A stretch of 64,000 nucleotides of DNA from positions 2,294,001-2,358,000 of the forward strand of contig CATNEN010000024.1 of NCBI GenBank assembly GCA_950097015.1, given 5' to 3'. The DNA comes from Macrostomum hystrix (taxonomy: Eukaryota; Animalia; Platyhelminthes). Below are positions 60,968 through 64,000 of this stretch, piece by piece. The number at the start of each line of letters is the position of its first letter. Within the stretch, counting starts at the first letter, position 1. The translations under genes were made by a program, and so were the position numbers. The notes below the pieces were generated by a model that saw only the letters and a program-made list of their open reading frames with translations, had not been told where the DNA came from and made no database searches.

Positions 60968-62020
60968 CGACTGGTAATATAAAAACATTTCAGTCTGGAC
61001 CTCACAGGGCTATTTGAAAAAATCGGAGAATTCGAATTCTATCTTCCACTTAACGATTGCAATTAAATATAACGCAAAAAGTATCTTATCATTTAATAAG
61101 AATGTCTAAAATCTAAATGTGGCTTGTCACAACCTAGAAAATTACAGTTTCTTAGCAATCGGTCCTTTGACGCTTTTTGGTTCTGTAAGGCAATTGTCTC
61201 TGAAAGATTCTTTAGTTAATCTGGCAAATGGGATATGTTTAAGTGCAATGTCAGTTCTGACACAGTAAAAATTGTAAAAAATTAATTTGTGCATATCCTT
61301 CGTGCTTACATTTTCTTTGTCTAGACTCTAGATTAGCCTACGATTAAATTCTATAATCTATTAAAACATTTTATTTCTTACTTTCAGGTATCATTTTTCT
61401 GATTACTCTTGTCTATATTACATTTCTATTAACAGTTCCAAAATCGTGATTTTATTTCTGAGCATGTTCTGTGTTGACATACGTTGTCATTTTTCGCTGC
61501 AGCGGTGAAAAAAATAAGGTAATTTTGACAGTTTAAAAATTCTAGCATCTTATAAGAGAAATAGTGAAGAACTCGTTTTTAACTAAATTGTTTTCGTAAC
61601 GTGTTTTAAAAAATAAACTATCATGGTATTTATCTGCTTTTACGAACTTTTTCTATAAAATCAATATCGTTTTGTTGATTCATAATACCTGAAAAGTTTA
61701 CTGATTTCAAAAATTCTCAGCAAGCCATTGCGACTGTCGAAGTTCATTCTATTTTATTCCATCCTAGCCTTTGATCCTTCGAAACTGTCTCATCCTAGCC
61801 TTAGTAATAAATTAAGTTTGATAGGGGCCTTATTCGAGACTGTGTCTGCTTGATAATATGATCTCTGTTTGTTATCATTTCTTGATTGGAATAATATAAT
61901 AAGTATATGTCACATATGTGCAATTTTTTACTGATAGAATATCAGTGAAAAATATATCTGTGAAGAATTTCTTAAGATACAATAAGCTAATATTGCATAT
62001 AGAACAATAATCACTTTCAG

Positions 62021-62584
62021 ATGCAAAACCCAATGCATATAGGAAGCTATGAGCTTTTGTTTCAGTTTCTACAAGTGCCAACCTATTTAAGAGGCAAGCA
62101 TGTGAGTTTTTTGTTGCACTGTTTTTCTTGTAGATTTCTCCTCACATATAGCAAACAGCTAATGTAAATTTAAATTATTTTCTATTCCAGGAGCATGATT
62201 TTATCATTGGATTCCTACACAGCATTGCAGAGTTGAGGTTTGAAAGTGAGGCTGCACTGAAGTCCATGGCAGCAGGCATGCATCATGCCTCATATAGGAC
62301 TAGCCAGCTGTTGTTTAGGTGAGGGATAATCGAAAAATTTTATGCTAAACTAATCAAGGACTTGAATGAGCAGATAGCTTTTGGAAGAATGTGATGTCAG
62401 GTTTTTTGGTTCTTTTATTAAGGTTCTGTAAACAATTTAATCAGTGATTGGATTTGTAGTATCCCAAACATTTATATACCATGATGACACATTGTTGCAG
62501 CAGCGACAGCCGCCCTGACAAATGGTACATTCTACTCTCTGGCTCTGTTTCCATGGATGGAAAGCTTCACTATCCAATTAAATG
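62021..62584 (+). CDS. RAPGEF2: 5' exons of Rap guanine nucleotide exchange factor 2/6 (PDZ-GEF): 62021-62101, 62191-62318, 62501-62584; continues beyond the window
   Basis: Phase-consistent exons give ...EHDFIIGFLHSIAELRFESEAALKSMA...KWYILLSGSVSMDGKLHYP. This matches the N-terminal cNMP-binding-like domain (WYILLSGSV) of RAPGEF2/6. Confidence 0.75.
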
Positions 62585-62794
62585 GTAAGCGGCTAACCAA
62601 CATTTTTCTACTACCCGGTTCATCATGGCAAAGTAGACCTCCCTTTAAGTCAAGGGTCAACAACATTACGAGAAAAGAATGAATTTAAAAGACGACAGCT
62701 GGCCGCATTGACAGCCTAGTGATGAGATACTAGAAGAGATGAGGCAGTAGAGCGAAAAGGCTAAGAGATAAGATAAGACAGGGGACATATACAT

Positions 62795-63868
62795 GCAAGA
62801 CATTGGAGAGATAAGACATGCGAGAGAAGAGAAACATGAGACACATTACAGATATCACATTGGAGAAGTGAGACAGGGGGTAGATAAAACATTGGAGAGG
62901 TGAGACAGGGGACAGATAAAACATTGGAGGGGTGAGACAGGTGACAGATAACACATTGGAGAGATGAGACAGGGGACAGATAAAACATTGGAGAGATGAG
63001 ACAGGGGATAGATAAAACATTGGAGGGGTGAGACAGGGGACAGATAAAACATTGGAGAGGGATGAAACAGGGGACAGATAAAACATTGGAGAGATGAGAC
63101 AGGGGATCGATAAAACATTGGAGGGGTGAGACAGGGGACAGATAAAACATTGGAGAGGGATGAGACAGGGGACAGATAAAACATTGGAGAGGGATGAGAC
63201 AGGGGACAGATAAAACATTGGAGGGATGAGACAGGGACAGATAAAACATTGGAGAGATGAGACAGGGGACAGATAAAACATTGGAGAGATGAGACATGGG
63301 ATAGATAAAACATTGGAGGGGTGAGACAGGGGACAGATAACACATTGGAGAGATGAGACAGGGGACAGATAAAACATTGGAGAGGGATGAGACAGGGGAT
63401 AGATAAAACATTGGAGGGGTGAGACAGGGGACAGATAAAACATTGTAGAGATGAGACAGGGGACAGATAAAACATTGGAGAGATGAGACAGGGGATAGAT
63501 AAAACATTGGAGAGATGAGACATGGGACAGATAAAACATTGGAGGGGTGAGACAGGGGATAGATAAAACATTAGAGGGGTGAGACAGGGGACAGATAATA
63601 CATTGGAGAGGGATGAGACAGGGGACAGATAAAAAATCGGAGAGGGATGAGACAGGGGACAGATAAAACATTGGAGGGATGAGACAGGGGACAGATAAAA
63701 CATTGGAGGGATGAGACAGGGGACAGATAAAACATTAAAGGGGTAAGACAGGGGACAGATAAAACATTGGAGAGCTGAGACATGGGACAGGTAAAACATT
63801 GGAGAGCTGAGACATGGGACAGATAAAACATTGGAGAGCTGAGACATGGGATAGATAAAACATTGGAG
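62795..63868. repeat. 31-33-bp minisatellite x~33 in a RAPGEF intron
   Basis: Unit approximately AACATTGGAGAGATGAGACAGGGGACAGATAA. Confidence 0.96.
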
Positions 63869-64000
63869 TGCTCTATATTAATAATATTTTATTATTACTA
63901 GATAGTTTTAATTGGATAAGTTTGAGTATAGCTCATACATGGGCAATGTAAATTGTAGTTCATATGTTTAAACTTAGGGAGTAAGCTTTATAGTACGGAC

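Noticed and set aside
1-64000. Operon or polycistronic organisation, or an SL RNA gene
   Set aside because: Recognised genes mostly alternate strands (divergent and convergent pairs), and I saw no SL RNA-like sequence.

Overview
This is eukaryotic (animal) genomic DNA with GT-AG introns. The intronic minisatellites, polyQ/polyA-rich proteins and upstream splice acceptors resemble a free-living flatworm such as Macrostomum, but that is inference only. Host genes reconstructed by hand from splice sites and reading phase: RPLP2 (-, cut by the window edge), a candidate AT-hook ORF (+), PRDM13 (+, 3 exons), PLEKHD1 (-, 8 exons), TDG with a long polyQ tail (+, 5 exons), AP-3 sigma (-, intronless), GOLT1 (+), an unnamed four-TM protein (-, 5 exons) and the 5' end of RAPGEF2/6 (+). 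Repeats and mobile elements: a 9.7-kb 24-bp satellite with an exact 3899-bp higher-order duplication, about ten other minisatellites, three nested TIR DNA transposons each with its own TSD, a decayed BEL/Pao remnant, SINE/tRNA relics, an RTE-type LINE with an in-frame internal deletion, and an intact, very young Ty3/Gypsy (Mag-like) LTR element. The most striking observation is that each Gypsy LTR carries three perfect heat-shock elements just upstream of its TATA box, like an hsp70 promoter. This suggests a heat/stress-inducible (ONSEN-like) animal retrotransposon, inserted between two divergent housekeeping genes.
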